Assembly: GCA_951406725.2 (NCBI GenBank)
Contig: OX597816.1
Coordinates: forward strand, 19,158,001-19,222,000
Direction: 5' to 3'
Length of the DNA: 64,000 nt
From: Octopus vulgaris
Taxonomy: Eukaryota
Made by a program: the position numbers and the translations under genes
Part shown: one piece after another, positions 1 through 12,535 of the stretch
Layout of the letters: each line of letters begins with the position of its first letter
Position numbering within the stretch: position 1 is the stretch's first letter
Notes under the pieces: generated by a model
Database searches by the model: none
What the model was told of the DNA's origin: nothing
Seen by the model: the letters and a program-made list of their open reading frames with translations, nothing else

Positions 1-1262
1 GAGTGGGAAAGCGTATCAAATACTAGTAGCATTTACACAGGTGTTATGAATATGCTTCTATAGTGAAGGGAACACGAACATCAACACCAATTTAGCCGTA
101 TTAGAAAGCTCGATGCGACAATGAAATTTTGTGCAATAATGCATTTTGGGTCATAAAAGAAGACATAATCTAAAATCTGTACATAGTTGTTCAAACATAT
201 CCGGGAGCGCATACAACTAATATTGCCTATATACAGAAACAGACTAGGAATCCCAAGGTCTCTGAATTCATGGTACATTGTATGAAAAGATGAATAAACA
301 GGACACTCACTGCTGGAAGAAAACAAAAATAATACAAAGGGAACAAACTACGAAATCCCAAACTGTAGGCCAATGAACTGATTGTTAAAAACCAAACAAA
401 AACGCACTTTCCAAATTCAACAGAAGGCTAAAACTAAACAGAATGGGTGAACGTGAGGTAATGTGGGACACAAAACAGAAAGTGATGAGAAAGCCATTGC
501 GACAGAATAAAATCAATATTGAAATAAAATGTAACTTACGTTTTGAGTGTAAATCATTTTGTCATCCAGAGACTGAAGCGTCTATCAACTTTCAGAATAA
601 CAGAAGGAAAACTACCATCTGCGCACAAGATGGCGCTGTGTGTGGAAAGATAACAGTTCTATGACTAAATACCAATTATAAAGATACAAACAGAAACTAA
701 TTACTATACAAATCAAAGTGTATGAAACAAAACTAACATTTTCTGTTTATCAAAAAATATTTGAATATACGTTATCTTACATTGTGCATTTGGTCACTAC
801 ATGACATGACCAGGAGTGCTTTACAAACGATCTTATGTAAAGTGACAATGCAATAAGCATGTGGCTACGTTTTACTTGATGCTGACGATTAAAATCTCTG
901 CCAGGAAATTTAATCTGAATGTAAGAATAACTTCAAGCAATAATTATATAATGAAATATTGAAAGAGCACCTGCAGAGGTTCAGATAGGTGTGGGTATAT
1001 ATATTATATGTGTGTGTGTTTGCGGGGGGAGTGTTTATATATGAGAGGAGGCTAAAAAGATACTGGCCTTGGGTAAAAGAAAACAGAGGAGGATTAGTGA
1101 ATTATGATTTTATTCAACATATTCCCCTCTGAGATGCACACACATCACATTATCGCAGAAAAATTTTACCGTATTCCTAAGCGCTGAAAAACTGGTCTGA
1201 AATTTGGACGTCCATCCAGGAATTTAGCGGTACCATTAAAGCAACGAACTTTCAGAGAGCTC

Positions 1263-1311
<49 letters not shown>

Positions 1312-1400
1312 GTGTATATATATATATATATATATACGTAACAAGTATGGGGGTTGTTTGCATGGCCTTAATGTTTTATTGTCCTTTTAACAATTATATG

Positions 1401-1451
<51 letters not shown>

Positions 1452-1456
1452 GTATG

Positions 1457-1494
<38 letters not shown>

Positions 1495-1609
1495 TATATG
1501 TGTATATATGTATATATAGAGATATATAGATAGATAGATATAGATATAGATATAGATATACATGTATGTATACATATGTGTGTGCGTGTGTGTGTGTAGT
1601 ATATACAGA

Positions 1610-1960
1610 CAAATTTTTGATATCTTTGCAGCTGTCGTAAAGATGTTTTTAGAAATGTGTCCTCTTCAAACGCTACCTATTGGAAAACAGTGCCTCACCA
1701 TTTGCTCGTTAGAAATTTTCGCGTATGTAAGTGGTTTTCTTTTCTCTCATTCAGGGACGACAGCCTGTCCCCATTAGCGTCTTCATACTTTAGGCCTTAT
1801 ATCTTGATATCTGAGTGTTTCCTTACGTCCGTGTGGTAGAAAGTTAGATTCTGTTCTGTTTGTATAGAGTCTGACGAGCTGTTCACAAGGCTATGTCTTT
1901 CGTGGATAGGAAACCTCTGGTAACTCTATAAACAAAATTCAAATTACTTTTAATAAGTAT
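1610..1960 (+). mobile_element. PLE pseudo-LTR/3' remnant between (TA)n/(TG)n tracts
   Basis: Unique segment bounded by dinucleotide repeats, with a canonical HHR just upstream of the terminal (TA)n. This layout is typical of PLE pLTRs. Confidence 0.55.
1863..1930 (+). ncRNA. Type I hammerhead ribozyme, canonical core
   Basis: Stem I TATAGAGT/ACTCTATA; core CTGACGA (1871-1877); stem II CTGTTCAC/GTGGATAG; GAAA (1910-1913); stem III ACC-TCT-GGT; GUA cleavage triplet ending at 1922. Confidence 0.85.
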
Positions 1961-1989
1961 ACATATATATATATATATATATATATATG

Positions 1990-2031
<42 letters not shown>

Positions 2032-2567
2032 GTCTATACTGGTTTTTTTTATTTCTAATTCTTGTTCTTGCGATCAAGTTATGTTTTGTAACGAGCACAT
2101 AACACTACATATCTTGCTCAAAAAAGTTAGATTGAGAAGTAGACAAATAATAAACATATATATATATATATATATATATAAACAAATTATATATTGCAAA
2201 TTATGTAATGCAATACAATGATCAAACTTCAGATTTTCTACATAGGTCGAAGGCACCAACCACGCACGAATGGGTGCGTTGTAACTGTAATACAGACTTC
2301 GATTTTCAGTATGACTGTGCCTCACAGTCTGGGATCTGGGGGTATGTACTTCAGAATAATTAATATTTTGCAACAAATATAATACAGAGATGAATAGCAG
2401 AGTGCAATTTTAATTGTCACTTGCAATTTTTCAGGAGTTAATTATATATTTGACTGATATTAATTTTTGAAGGAAAAATGCTAAGAATAAGTTAATATAT
2501 GACATCTACAAGATAGTAATTTACCGAATATGTTCGAAATAGTTTCCTTTTTTCTTTGTGCAACAAA

Positions 2568-2615
2568 CGTATGACAACTGTTCAACTATTTTAGACAGAG
2601 CTGTCATCAGACATG
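2568..2615 (-). ncRNA. Decayed type I hammerhead ribozyme
   Basis: Minus strand reads CATGT-CTGATGA-cagctctgtctaaaatagtt-GAAC-AGTT-GTC-ATACG. One A of GAAA is missing and stem I is imperfect. Confidence 0.5.
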
Positions 2616-3083
2616 AAATTTTAAGCCACATCCTCATATTTCGAAATATATTAATGACAATATGTAATTAAAATGGTGATTTCAAACCCAATTAATTTAT
2701 CTTCAAAAATGAAACGAAACAATAAAAATGTAGCTATTAAACAGTTAGGTAATTGCAATTCTCTTTATTCGAATTCTTTTCCCAATATACATTCCAAAAA
2801 TTAATTCGGTTTTCATTTTAAGAGTTAAAATTAACGTATATGGTATACGTCATTAATAGAAAGCACATTCATACAGAAAAAAAAACACACACACACAAAA
2901 CACACATGTATTGATATCAGTAAAATAATTTTGAGCCCCCAAATTAACAAACTTTAATTCCTTCCGAGCTGTAATTGACTTTGCTGAAAGACCAGATTGT
3001 GATGTAGAGAACACATTGAATTTCAAGAAAGTCTGAGTTTGGTGAAGTGGGTTCCAGTGCAAAATGGTATACGGTATAAGAAA

Positions 3084-3240
3084 CACAATGTTTAAGCTAG
3101 AATGAAAGATATTTACACAAACGATATCCAGTTTATCAAAAATACGGTTTTGTGTAGAAGCAAACAATTGATATATAGGAAACTTCATTGTATATACACT
3201 ATGAAGTGCAGGATGAGGTGCACAATGAGGTGCTTGATAA
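3084..3240 (-). pseudogene. Degenerate C-terminus of a PLE GIY-YIG endonuclease
   Basis: Minus translation HCAPHPALHSVYTMKFPIYQLFASTQNRIFDKLDIVCVNIFHSSLNIV parallels DLCAHNKSPKFLVFPLYQ...RPQLNIL at 28448-28768. A (TG)-rich tract and an HHR follow on the same strand. Confidence 0.4.
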
Positions 3241-3820
3241 GTCGATATAGATAATATAACATAAGTTATAAATAATATGATGAATATTTGTAGGTGAGTC
3301 TAATGTGCAATCATTCACCATAAAATAATTCTAACAACTAACCCTCAAATTTTGAAGCAAAAAGTGAACAAATATCTAAGTGTTACTACATAGCAATTCC
3401 TATATCCCTATGTTTTTAAGACTTAGGGGTATATTTCCGGAAGAGGCGACTAGAGCAAAGCACAGCGGCGGGTGACGGAATCTTAAGGAATATTTTTCCA
3501 TATTTTCGATGAGTTTACGAAAATCATTCTAAAAGTTATAGTATGTCATTCTCTACTACTAACGCGATTTCGATCCTTATTACATTGACAATTTCATGTT
3601 TATCATATTCGAATCTGATAGCCCTAATATATTTAACGCATACGAGCACAACTAAAACGAAAATTCACGCACACGCATGCGTGCGTCCACACTCGCAAAA
3701 GGCCAAGCACCTCTTCAGGCTCCTCCACATAGACATGAACACATGCATGCACGTAATTTTCTTTCATGTGATGAAGAAGAAATGCTTCATCTGATGAGAG
3801 AGATAAATATTTAATAATAA

Positions 3821-3960
3821 AAACAATATATATTTTTACGAGCTACTATCAGTTTCATGCGATGAAAACGGACGAGTAAGCCTTTTTTTAACGTCCGGTG
3901 TCAGAGTTGGTTTCATCGCATGAAATTTATAGTAGCTCATGAAAATATATATTGTGTTTA
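3821..3960. repeat. ~47 bp inverted repeat, probable PLE pLTR fold-back with HHR 3' half
   Basis: 3821-3867 is the reverse complement of 3911-3960. The arm contains GAAAC-TGATA-GTA (GAAA, stem III, GUA). Adjacent to (CT)n(TA)n. Confidence 0.7.
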
Positions 3961-4047
3961 TAAAACTTTATGAAACTCTCTCTCTCTGTCTCTGTCAGTC
4001 TGTCCCTCTCTCTCTCTCCCTCTCTTTCCATCTCTCTCTCTCTCTCT

Positions 4048-4112
<65 letters not shown>

Positions 4113-4549
4113 CTTATGTGTTTATTATGGCGATATTTTTGTTACTGAGGCAAGATGAATGCTTTGTCTATGTTTACATTTTCCTTATTTTTATCAAGTG
4201 AATTGACACTTCACTTCATATTACATCTTTCCCATTCACTAGTACACGTGCATACACACACACACACATATATATATATATATGCGCGCGCATGTGTGTG
4301 TGTGAGTGTCAGTGAGTGTGTGTATGTGTGTGTGTCAGTGTGTGTGTGTGTGCGTCAATGTGTATGTTGCTGTAGACATTGTATGATGCCGATACTATTT
4401 TCAACTCTATCAGTTTTATTATGGTAATAGTATCAAATTTATATGTTTATCTCAGATAACATTAGGAAATTATGTTTCTGTGTATTTATAAACGTACATA
4501 TCGAATTAAAATTTTGTATATAATGTAACTTATACATACATAGAAACAT

Positions 4550-4975
<426 letters not shown>

Positions 4976-5224
4976 AATGGGAATTTTCTTTCCTTTGAAG
5001 TTCTGTAGCATTTTTGATATTGTTCGAAATGATTTTATAATATTTATGTCAATAAAAATAATTTGACAGTAAACTACGTTCCCTGCAGCTAATCAGTTTC
5101 ATTTAAGAACTTTTCTTCCACATCCATACACACACATACTCACACACACACACATATATGCAAATATATATGTTTATATCTGTATATATATATGTTTGTG
5201 TGTATGCATGTGATTATATATATT

Positions 5225-5450
5225 CTTTATCTTTGTTATTTTTTTCAGTCACTTGAGTGTAGCCATGGTAGAGCACCGCCTTTTAGTTGAAGCAATGGAC
5301 CCCTGAACTTCTTCCTTGTAAGCCTGCTGCTTAGTCTATCGGTCACTTCTGCCGCACAACTAGGTTACGGGGTTGTAAACACGCCAACATCGGTTGTCAA
5401 GAGATAGTGGTGGAACAACCACAGACTCACAAACATTTACACATGTATAT
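5225..5450 (-). mobile_element. SINE group A, 3' half
   Basis: Matches the tail of the copies at 37405 and 50106 (cagtca..gccatg..gagcaccgccttt..catcggttgtcaag). Confidence 0.75.
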
Positions 5451-5458
5451 ATATATAT

Positions 5459-5540
<82 letters not shown>

Positions 5541-5541
<1 letters not shown>

Positions 5542-5784
5542 GCATGGTATAAAAGATGGGCTACAGCATGGTATAAAAGATGGGCTACACCATGGTATAA
5601 AATATAGGGCTACACCATGGTATAAAAGATGGGCTACGGCATGGTATAAAAGATGGGCTACAGCATGGTATAAAAGATGGGCTACACCATGGTATAAAAG
5701 ATGGGCTACAGCATGGTATAAAAGATGGGCTACACCATGGTATAAAAGATGGGCTACAGCATGGTATAAAAGATGGGCTACAGC
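5541..5784. repeat. 24-bp tandem repeat, about 10 copies (AGCATGGTATAAAAGATGGGCTAC)
   Basis: Visible directly; gives the AVAHLLYH repeat in ORF 5458..5874. Confidence 0.95.
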
Positions 5785-6232
5785 AAATATTATGCGCAGT
5801 ACCACAGATTTGCTTGTCAGTTGTTTGACCTTAACCAGTTGAGCATATCCCTTAGTGGCTGACGATATGTGCATCTCTGATCATGAGCAGAAATAGTGGG
5901 GGAGCATCATAGCCGTGTGTTGAGAGGGATTCTTTGGGATTTGAATAAATCACCTCTGGAAACATGGGTGTTTCGTTCAACATCCTTAAACAACCCTTAT
6001 TCAGGGACCTTTCGAGTGGGATGGGTTACTCGATTTGAAGAAAATTTTAACTGGGCCCCACCTGCAAGGTCATGTGCTGTTTATCTTGATGTGAGATCAC
6101 CATGTCGCGCACATATGGTTGTGATGCATGTGCCTGGTGTACCCTTATCAGACGGGTAGTCATGATGGGTATACTGGGATTCGTATATTTTACCCCAGTG
6201 TCACTTTGATGGCATGCACTGCTCTCTCACTC
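5541..6232 (+). mobile_element. Non-coding element D embedded in (AAT)n
   Basis: Near-identical to 42717-43185, with (AAT)n on both sides. Orientation is assumed from the shared ...ctctctcactc-(AAT)n end. Confidence 0.8.
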
Positions 6233-6730
6233 AATAATAATAATAATAATAACAATAATAATAATAATAATGATTGTTAGAGTTCGTTGAGAGTTCTTTT
6301 GGATTGGTTACAGATGTTGGCATAGTATAAAATGGGATTAAAATAAGCGAAGAGTGTTGGTGTCTTTCCCGTCCCGGGGTAATATACATCACACTAACTT
6401 AGTGCATGTCACTAAGGTGATATATATATATAGAAACCATGTTATAAATCTTATACGGAAAACAATTTTACATTTATCTGAGATATTATATTTTTCGGTC
6501 GGTTTAAACCTCGCCCAACGAGAGCTATCTGGCCTAATCATCGACATCACAGTAAAAAATATGCTCCCTTAAGAATAAATACAAAGATACACACAGCCAA
6601 ACACACATAGTCATATGCTATTCATGCATCCAGATTTAACAAGACAGCCCTTTGTCTAAATCATTTTCATTCCCTTAAAAGTTTCCGCCTACTTTGAATG
6701 TAAATTCTTTATATAAGTTGTTTGTTTGTT

Positions 6731-7030
6731 CCTTCTCGAGACACGCCTGGCTCGTTCGGCCGGTTTTCCAGTTTCCTTGGTGTATAGCATTTCCCACCTG
6801 GACGGGACGCCCCTCCGTCGCAGGTGAGCTGCAAGATGCAGGAGGAAAGAGTGAGAGAAAATTGTGGCGAAAAGTCAGCAGAGGTTCGTCGTTACCTTAT
6901 GCCGAGCCGCGTGGAGCTTAGGTATTTCACTCATAAGCACACACATCACCCGGTCTAATATTCGAACCCGCGATCCCGCGATGTCTCGACCGCGAGTCCG
7001 CTGCTCTAACCACTAGGCCATGTGCCTCCA
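6731..7030 (-). mobile_element. tRNA-derived SINE, group C relative
   Basis: Minus head TGGAGGCACATGGCCTAGTGGTTAGAGCAGCGGACTCGCGG...GGTTCGAAT (A/B boxes). Flanking direct repeat ctttatataagt. Confidence 0.8.
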
Positions 7031-7658
7031 CTTTATATAAGTAGTTTCTAGAAATATGACTAAAAACACTTTGTCCAAGGAATTTTCTTCATTTTAATTT
7101 TCCAGTTTTGTAATAAGATTAAAAGACGCTGTGGCATCTATTTTCATTCCATATCGTAGGAATTCAAATTCCGTGTATTGCCATATTCCATTATTTCAGG
7201 TACATACACACCAACGTATAAATATTCACATGCATGAGCACACAAACAGGTATACACATCCGTGGTTAGAGCGGCATTGCATACGCTAAAATTACGTTAA
7301 TATTTACGCATTAGAATAATTTCCGAGCTGTATCTGCTATGCTTATGGTAGAAAATAAATTTATCTGCTGTTTGATATTTGAGATTGTGCTCCATTGATT
7401 TCAGTATGAGCTAATATCTGTTTTTAATCAATTCAATCAATAAATATTTTCAAGTTGTTTACTCTTCCAAATTATATTAAATATATTTCTTTACAATGTT
7501 GTTACAATACCCGACATAATATTTTGTAAAATATTAAGTTTTCGACATTGTTCTACTTTAATATGAAAAGCTCGAACAACGTCAAAAGATATCAGCCATT
7601 GCTGTACGTTTATGCAAGCTTAAATATAGATAAATACATACATACATTTATTTTTATT

Positions 7659-7926
7659 TATGCTCCATTTTCAAGACTAGCCAGGCTCATGGGCCTGGTT
7701 CCCGGTTTCTATGGCGTATGCGTTCCCTCCAGTTTGACGGGACGCCATTCTATCGCAGAAAGAGTAAGAGAAGGTTGGGCAAAAGAATATAACCAGGTCG
7801 CTACCACCCCCTACCGGAGCCTCGTGGAGCTTTAGAAGTTTTCGCTCAATAAACACACACAACGCCCGGTCTGGGAATCGAAACCGCGATTCTGCTGCCC
7901 TAACCATGGGGCCATAGCGCCTCCAC
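7659..7926 (-). mobile_element. tRNA-derived SINE, group C relative
   Basis: Head GGAGGCGCTATGGCCCC..GGTTTCGATTCCCAGACCGGGCGTTGTG, shared with 24977 and 52721. Confidence 0.75.
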
Positions 7927-7960
7927 ACATACATGCATACATACATACATTTTTCTGAAT

Positions 7961-8228
7961 TTATGCGCCATTTTCAAGCCTAGCCAGACTCATGGGATCG
8001 GTTTTCCGGTTTCTATGGCGTATGTGTTCCCCGCAGACGGACGGGGCGCCAGTCCATCGCAGCGTTACTTGTGAAACAGGAAGAAAGAGTGAGGGGAAGT
8101 TGGGACGAAAGAGTACAACAGGGGTCGCCGCTACCCGCTGTCGATGCTTCGTGGGGCTTTAGGTCTTTTTGCTCAATAAACACACAACGCCCGGTCTGGG
8201 AGTCGAAAGCGCGATCCTCCGACCGCGT
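7961..8228 (-). mobile_element. tRNA-derived SINE, group C relative, 5'-truncated
   Basis: Tandem paralog of 7659-7926. Confidence 0.75.
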
Positions 8229-8309
8229 GTCATATATTATGAGTCAGTGTATGTAATTATGCAGAAGTATAGGGTCTCCATACAGCGAAACAGACATTTC
8301 CAAGTAGTT

Positions 8310-8688
8310 TTTCTCTTTTATTAATTCATTTGACTGCGGCCATGCTCGAGCACCGACTTTAGTCGACCAAATCGACCCCGGGACTTCTTCTTCGTAAGCC
8401 TAATACTTATTCTATCGGAGTCTTTTGCCGAACCGTTAGATTGCTGGGACGTAAACACGCCAGCATCGGTTGTCAAGCGAAGTTGAGGGGACGCACACAG
8501 ACACACAAACACACACATATATATACATATACATATATACGGCGGGCTTCCTTTCAGCATCCGTCTACCAAATCCACTCACAATGCTTTGGTCGGCCCGA
8601 TGCTATAGTAGGAGACACCTGTTGAAGGTGCCACGCAGTGGGACTGAACCTGGAACCCTGTGGTTGGTAAGCAAGCTACTTACCACAC
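8310..8688 (-). mobile_element. SINE group A (tRNA head, CORE-like domain, internal microsatellite)
   Basis: Minus strand GTGTGGTAAGTAGCTTGC..GGTTCAGTCCCACTGCGTGGCACCTT; multi-copy in the window. Confidence 0.85.
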
Positions 8689-8879
8689 CGGGAAACAACA
8701 GGAATGATGTCTCAACTAGAATACCGGATTCTTATCATAGGTTTATATCCTGAATCTATTAGGCATTGTTATATAAACATATATATGTGTATACACACAC
8801 ACACACAGGAACACATACGCTCACAGACACAAGCATGCACACTCTGACACATGCAAGCACACACACTTATATATTTATA

Positions 8880-9278
8880 CTAGCAGTATCGACCGGCGTT
8901 GCTCGGGTTTGTAGGGGAAATAACTATATAAGCATTTTTAGAGAGTTATAGCCAAAAAATAGCAAAAAAATGCATTAAAAATGGAAAACAAATGATGGTA
9001 AATTTTGTTTTAAATCGTTGACTCATCGTAGACATTTTTAGAGAGTTACTTCCCTTATATAATAGCGAAAAAAATGCATTAAAATGGAAAAAATGAGGGT
9101 AATTTTTTTTTTTAAATCGTAGACTCATCGTAGACGCGCGCTAATACCCAGAAGGGCTCGATATGAATCACGACTATAAGATACCCGGTTTTGGTTAAAC
9201 TGCACCGCAAAATGTGGGAGTAGTTAGGAATCTAAATCGTAGGAGACAGACACACAACTTCTCTTTTATATATAAAGA
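8880..9278 (-). mobile_element. Non-autonomous Helitron
   Basis: Minus strand starts TC(TTTATATATAAAA) and ends with hairpin CCCGAGCAACGCCGG plus CTAG. Inserted between A and T with no TSD. Termini match 57603-57994. Confidence 0.85.
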
Positions 9279-9611
9279 TGTAAAGTGGTATAAACGAGAA
9301 GAGCGATACACTTGTGCATCTTATAATTCAGTTTTTGACAAATAATTTTAAAGTGTTAACAAATGCATATTAGTGGAAGGAAAACTCTGTAGAAATTACG
9401 CTACGTCAAAATTAATTAATTCCCATTTGTTAACTGCCATGGACTCTCTAGTAAAGAAGATTCGTAACTTTCAAAATGAAATATCATCCAAAATTAGACC
9501 GAAACACTATATTTGCTATGGAAACGAGATCCTTGGCTGATCTAGTGTACGAGATTGAAGATAGCTATTTATAAAAGATTCGTATGCAATCAATATTAGG
9601 TTAATTTTGTT

Positions 9612-9843
9612 GGCGGCGAGCTGGCAGAAACGTTACCGCGCCGGGCGAAATGCCTAGCGGTATTTCGTCTGTCGCTACGTTCTGAGTTCAAATTCCGCCG
9701 CAGTCGACTTTGCCCTTTATACTTTCGGGGTCGGTAAATAAAGTACCTGTTTCGCACTGGAGTCGATGTAATCGACTTAATCCCTCTGTCTGTCCTCGTT
9801 TGTCCCCTCTATGTTTAGCCCCTTGTGGGCAGTAAAGAAATAT
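9612..9843 (+). mobile_element. SINE group B (tRNA head, Meta-domain-like centre)
   Basis: GGCGGCGAGCTGGCAGAA..GAGTTCAAATTCC..CTTTCGGGGTCGGTAAATAAAGTACC; imperfect TSD aggttaattttgt. Confidence 0.85.
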
Positions 9844-10068
9844 ATGAGGTTAATTTTTGTCGCCACTATCTACTCATGATACCGAAGATATCTTCGTTAA
9901 ATGAAGGTTACATGGTCGTTAAGGAATCCCAAGTTAACTCGCGGAGATATAGTTTAGAAGGAAATTTGTTGGCCCTGGGGCGTACTTACGCACAAACACA
10001 CAAATAATACATGTACACACACACACGCACAAGCACGCACACATACACATCACACGCACGAGCATGTA

Positions 10069-10925
10069 TATGTAAGGTGCGATGGGAAAATTGTTATATT
10101 TTTAATTTCGCCCAAGCGGATTGATTGTTTTTACTATTGTTGACTAGACTGTAGGATCAGTTGCTCACCGTCTGTGAGAAAAACAGTTCTATGACGCAAT
10201 TCACTCTGACAGAAATTTGGAAACAACATGCTGTACTTCTTAGCTCCAATACGAATATTTCAGAGTGTTTGGGTGACACTCTGATGGACAGTGCAATGTG
10301 AGGACATCTACCGAAAATGATAAAAATCAAACATCCAGTCAACATCATGGTGTTTGTAGTGATCACTAGTGATGGCGATGTTATGCCTCCATTCATCTTC
10401 CCACATGGCCTCACATTCAACACGGAGGTCAAGATCAAGTGTCTGGAGGAGGTAGTGCTGCCCTGGGTCAAGAGGGTGGCTACTGGAAGACCCTATATCT
10501 AGCAACAGGACTTTGCACCATACCGCAGGAACTGAAGACCCCAATTCAGGCTGCCAGGCTATTTTGGGGACCACATCGTAACATCTGACCAGACTGCAAC
10601 CGCCTTCATTATTATGTGTAAGGTGTAGTTCGTTCAGCAAGAGACCAAAAGAACTACTTCTAACACCAAAGATGAACTGAAGACGAGGATAATGGCAGCA
10701 CTCACCAGCTTAAACAGGAGACCACTCAGAAGGGTTGCAGAAGATTCCGAAGTTATCTCGACTTTGTGCTTAAAACTAATGGCGATTTTATTGAATAAGT
10801 TTACTCTTTTGTATTTCAAGATATTTTCATGCATTTTTGGTAAAAATATCTTTTAAAATGAGATGTCAGTGTTGTTTTACTTAATTGCGTAATTTCAGAC
10901 GATAATTTATTCACTGCCCTCTGTA
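10069..10925 (+). mobile_element. Decayed Tc1/mariner-superfamily (maT/DD37D-like) transposon
   Basis: ORF 10317..10502 KHPVNIMVFVVITSDGDVMPPFIF...GRPYI*QQDFAP resembles a transposase core around the second Asp. It has stops and frameshifts, and the degenerate TIR ends in ...CCCTCTGTA. Confidence 0.75.
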
Positions 10926-11901
10926 AATACATGTGCATGAGTATGATTGTGTTTGTGTATGTATGTGTGAGTGTGTGTGTGTGTGTGTGCATTTGAGTGT
11001 GTGTTTGAGTGTGTGTATACACTCCAGCGCCAACAAGTATACACCGATTTTCCTTCATTTCACAACCTGAATTATTTGCAAAAATGAAACATTGCGTAAA
11101 TTTGAATAGTGAAGACCAGCAATTGAAGAAATATCCTGAATCAGTTTATCCGAGATTAAAAATTAATTAGAAGATAAAGCAAATATTAAATAATAAATTA
11201 AACAATATTAAATCGTTTATCTATTATACTTCACATAATATCGCGCCTATAAATTGTTCATATCCCGTTTCTTTTGTTTAGAAAATATGTACCCGTTCAA
11301 ATACCTACATAAGTAGATTTAGTTCATTATTTGCATCCTGCATAAAATATGTAAATCATAGTCTTAATTATCGCAATGACAGATATAGCCATTTTTCTAA
11401 CGGATAATGAGACCTTCCTCATAATTGTCCATTTAAACAAATAACAATTTGTGTTCTGTGTTATTTTTCTCTATGACTGAAGTATGTTTTATGATTCAAT
11501 TAAGTTATCAAATATAGAAACAAAATATTATGAAAACATATTAAATTTGAGCTGTAAAAGCAACTATTTTCGAATTAACTTTTCACTAACTGTCGTTTCT
11601 TGATTGAGAACGAATAGTAATTTTCGAAATATTAAAGAAAAGGCGGTGTGAATTCACGGACAGATTTCTAGAAGTTATTGCAGACCTAGTCAGTACTTAA
11701 CTATCGTAATTACAAAACCATTATAGCCATTTACTGTACCGGAGTGTTAGGAATGAAACTAGTTTCCTTAATATCCCCTTCTTCAGGTATAAAACAACAC
11801 TTTTTCGCTAAGATCTCTCATTAGTCATTCATTTTGAGATGGTTTGCAGAGTATGAATCAACTATCCATTATATTGGTATTAATATATTTATTTGGTGGA
11901 A

Positions 11902-12535
11902 AGGTGGCGAGCTGGCAGAACTGTTAGCAAGCCGGGCGAAATGCGTAGCCGTATTTCGTCTGCCGTTATGTTCTGAGTTCAAATTCCACCTAGGTCGACT
12001 TTGCATTTCATCCTTTAGGTGACGATAAATTAAGTACCAGTTACGCATTGAGGTCGATATAATCGACTTAATCCGTTTGTCTATCCTTGTTTGTCCCCTC
12101 TATGTTTAGCCCCTTTGGGCAATAAAGAAATAAGAAAGTTTAGCACGCCGGGCAAAATGCGTAGCCGAAATCTCGCGTGCCGTTACGTTCTGAGTTCAAA
12201 TTCTGCCAAGGTCGACTTTGCCTTTCATCCTTTCGGTGTCGATTAAATAAGTAGCAATTACGCACTGGGGTCGATATAATCGACTTAATCCGTTTGTCTA
12301 TCCTAATTCGTCCTCTCTGTGTTTAGCCCCTTGTGGGTAGTAAAGAAATAAGTATTTGGTCTGCCGCTACGTTCTGAGTTCAAATATCGCCGAGGTCGAC
12401 TTTCCCTTTCATCCTTTCGGTGTCGATTAAATAAGTAGCAGTTACGCACTGGGGTCGATATAGTCAACTTAATCCGTTTGTCTGTCCTTGTTTGTCCCCT
12501 CTACGTTTGGCCCCTTTGTGGGCAATAAAGAAATA
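11902..12535 (+). mobile_element. SINE group B tandem trimer
   Basis: Three head-to-tail units inside one TSD atatttatttggtgga (11885-11900 and 12536-12551). Confidence 0.9.

Noticed and set aside
780-980. Possible LINE RT relic (..LLDADD..)
   Set aside because: Too degenerate to support by eye.
5541-5784. Regular 24-bp repeats resembling a CRISPR array
   Set aside because: No unique spacers, no cas genes, eukaryotic context; it is a plain tandem repeat.
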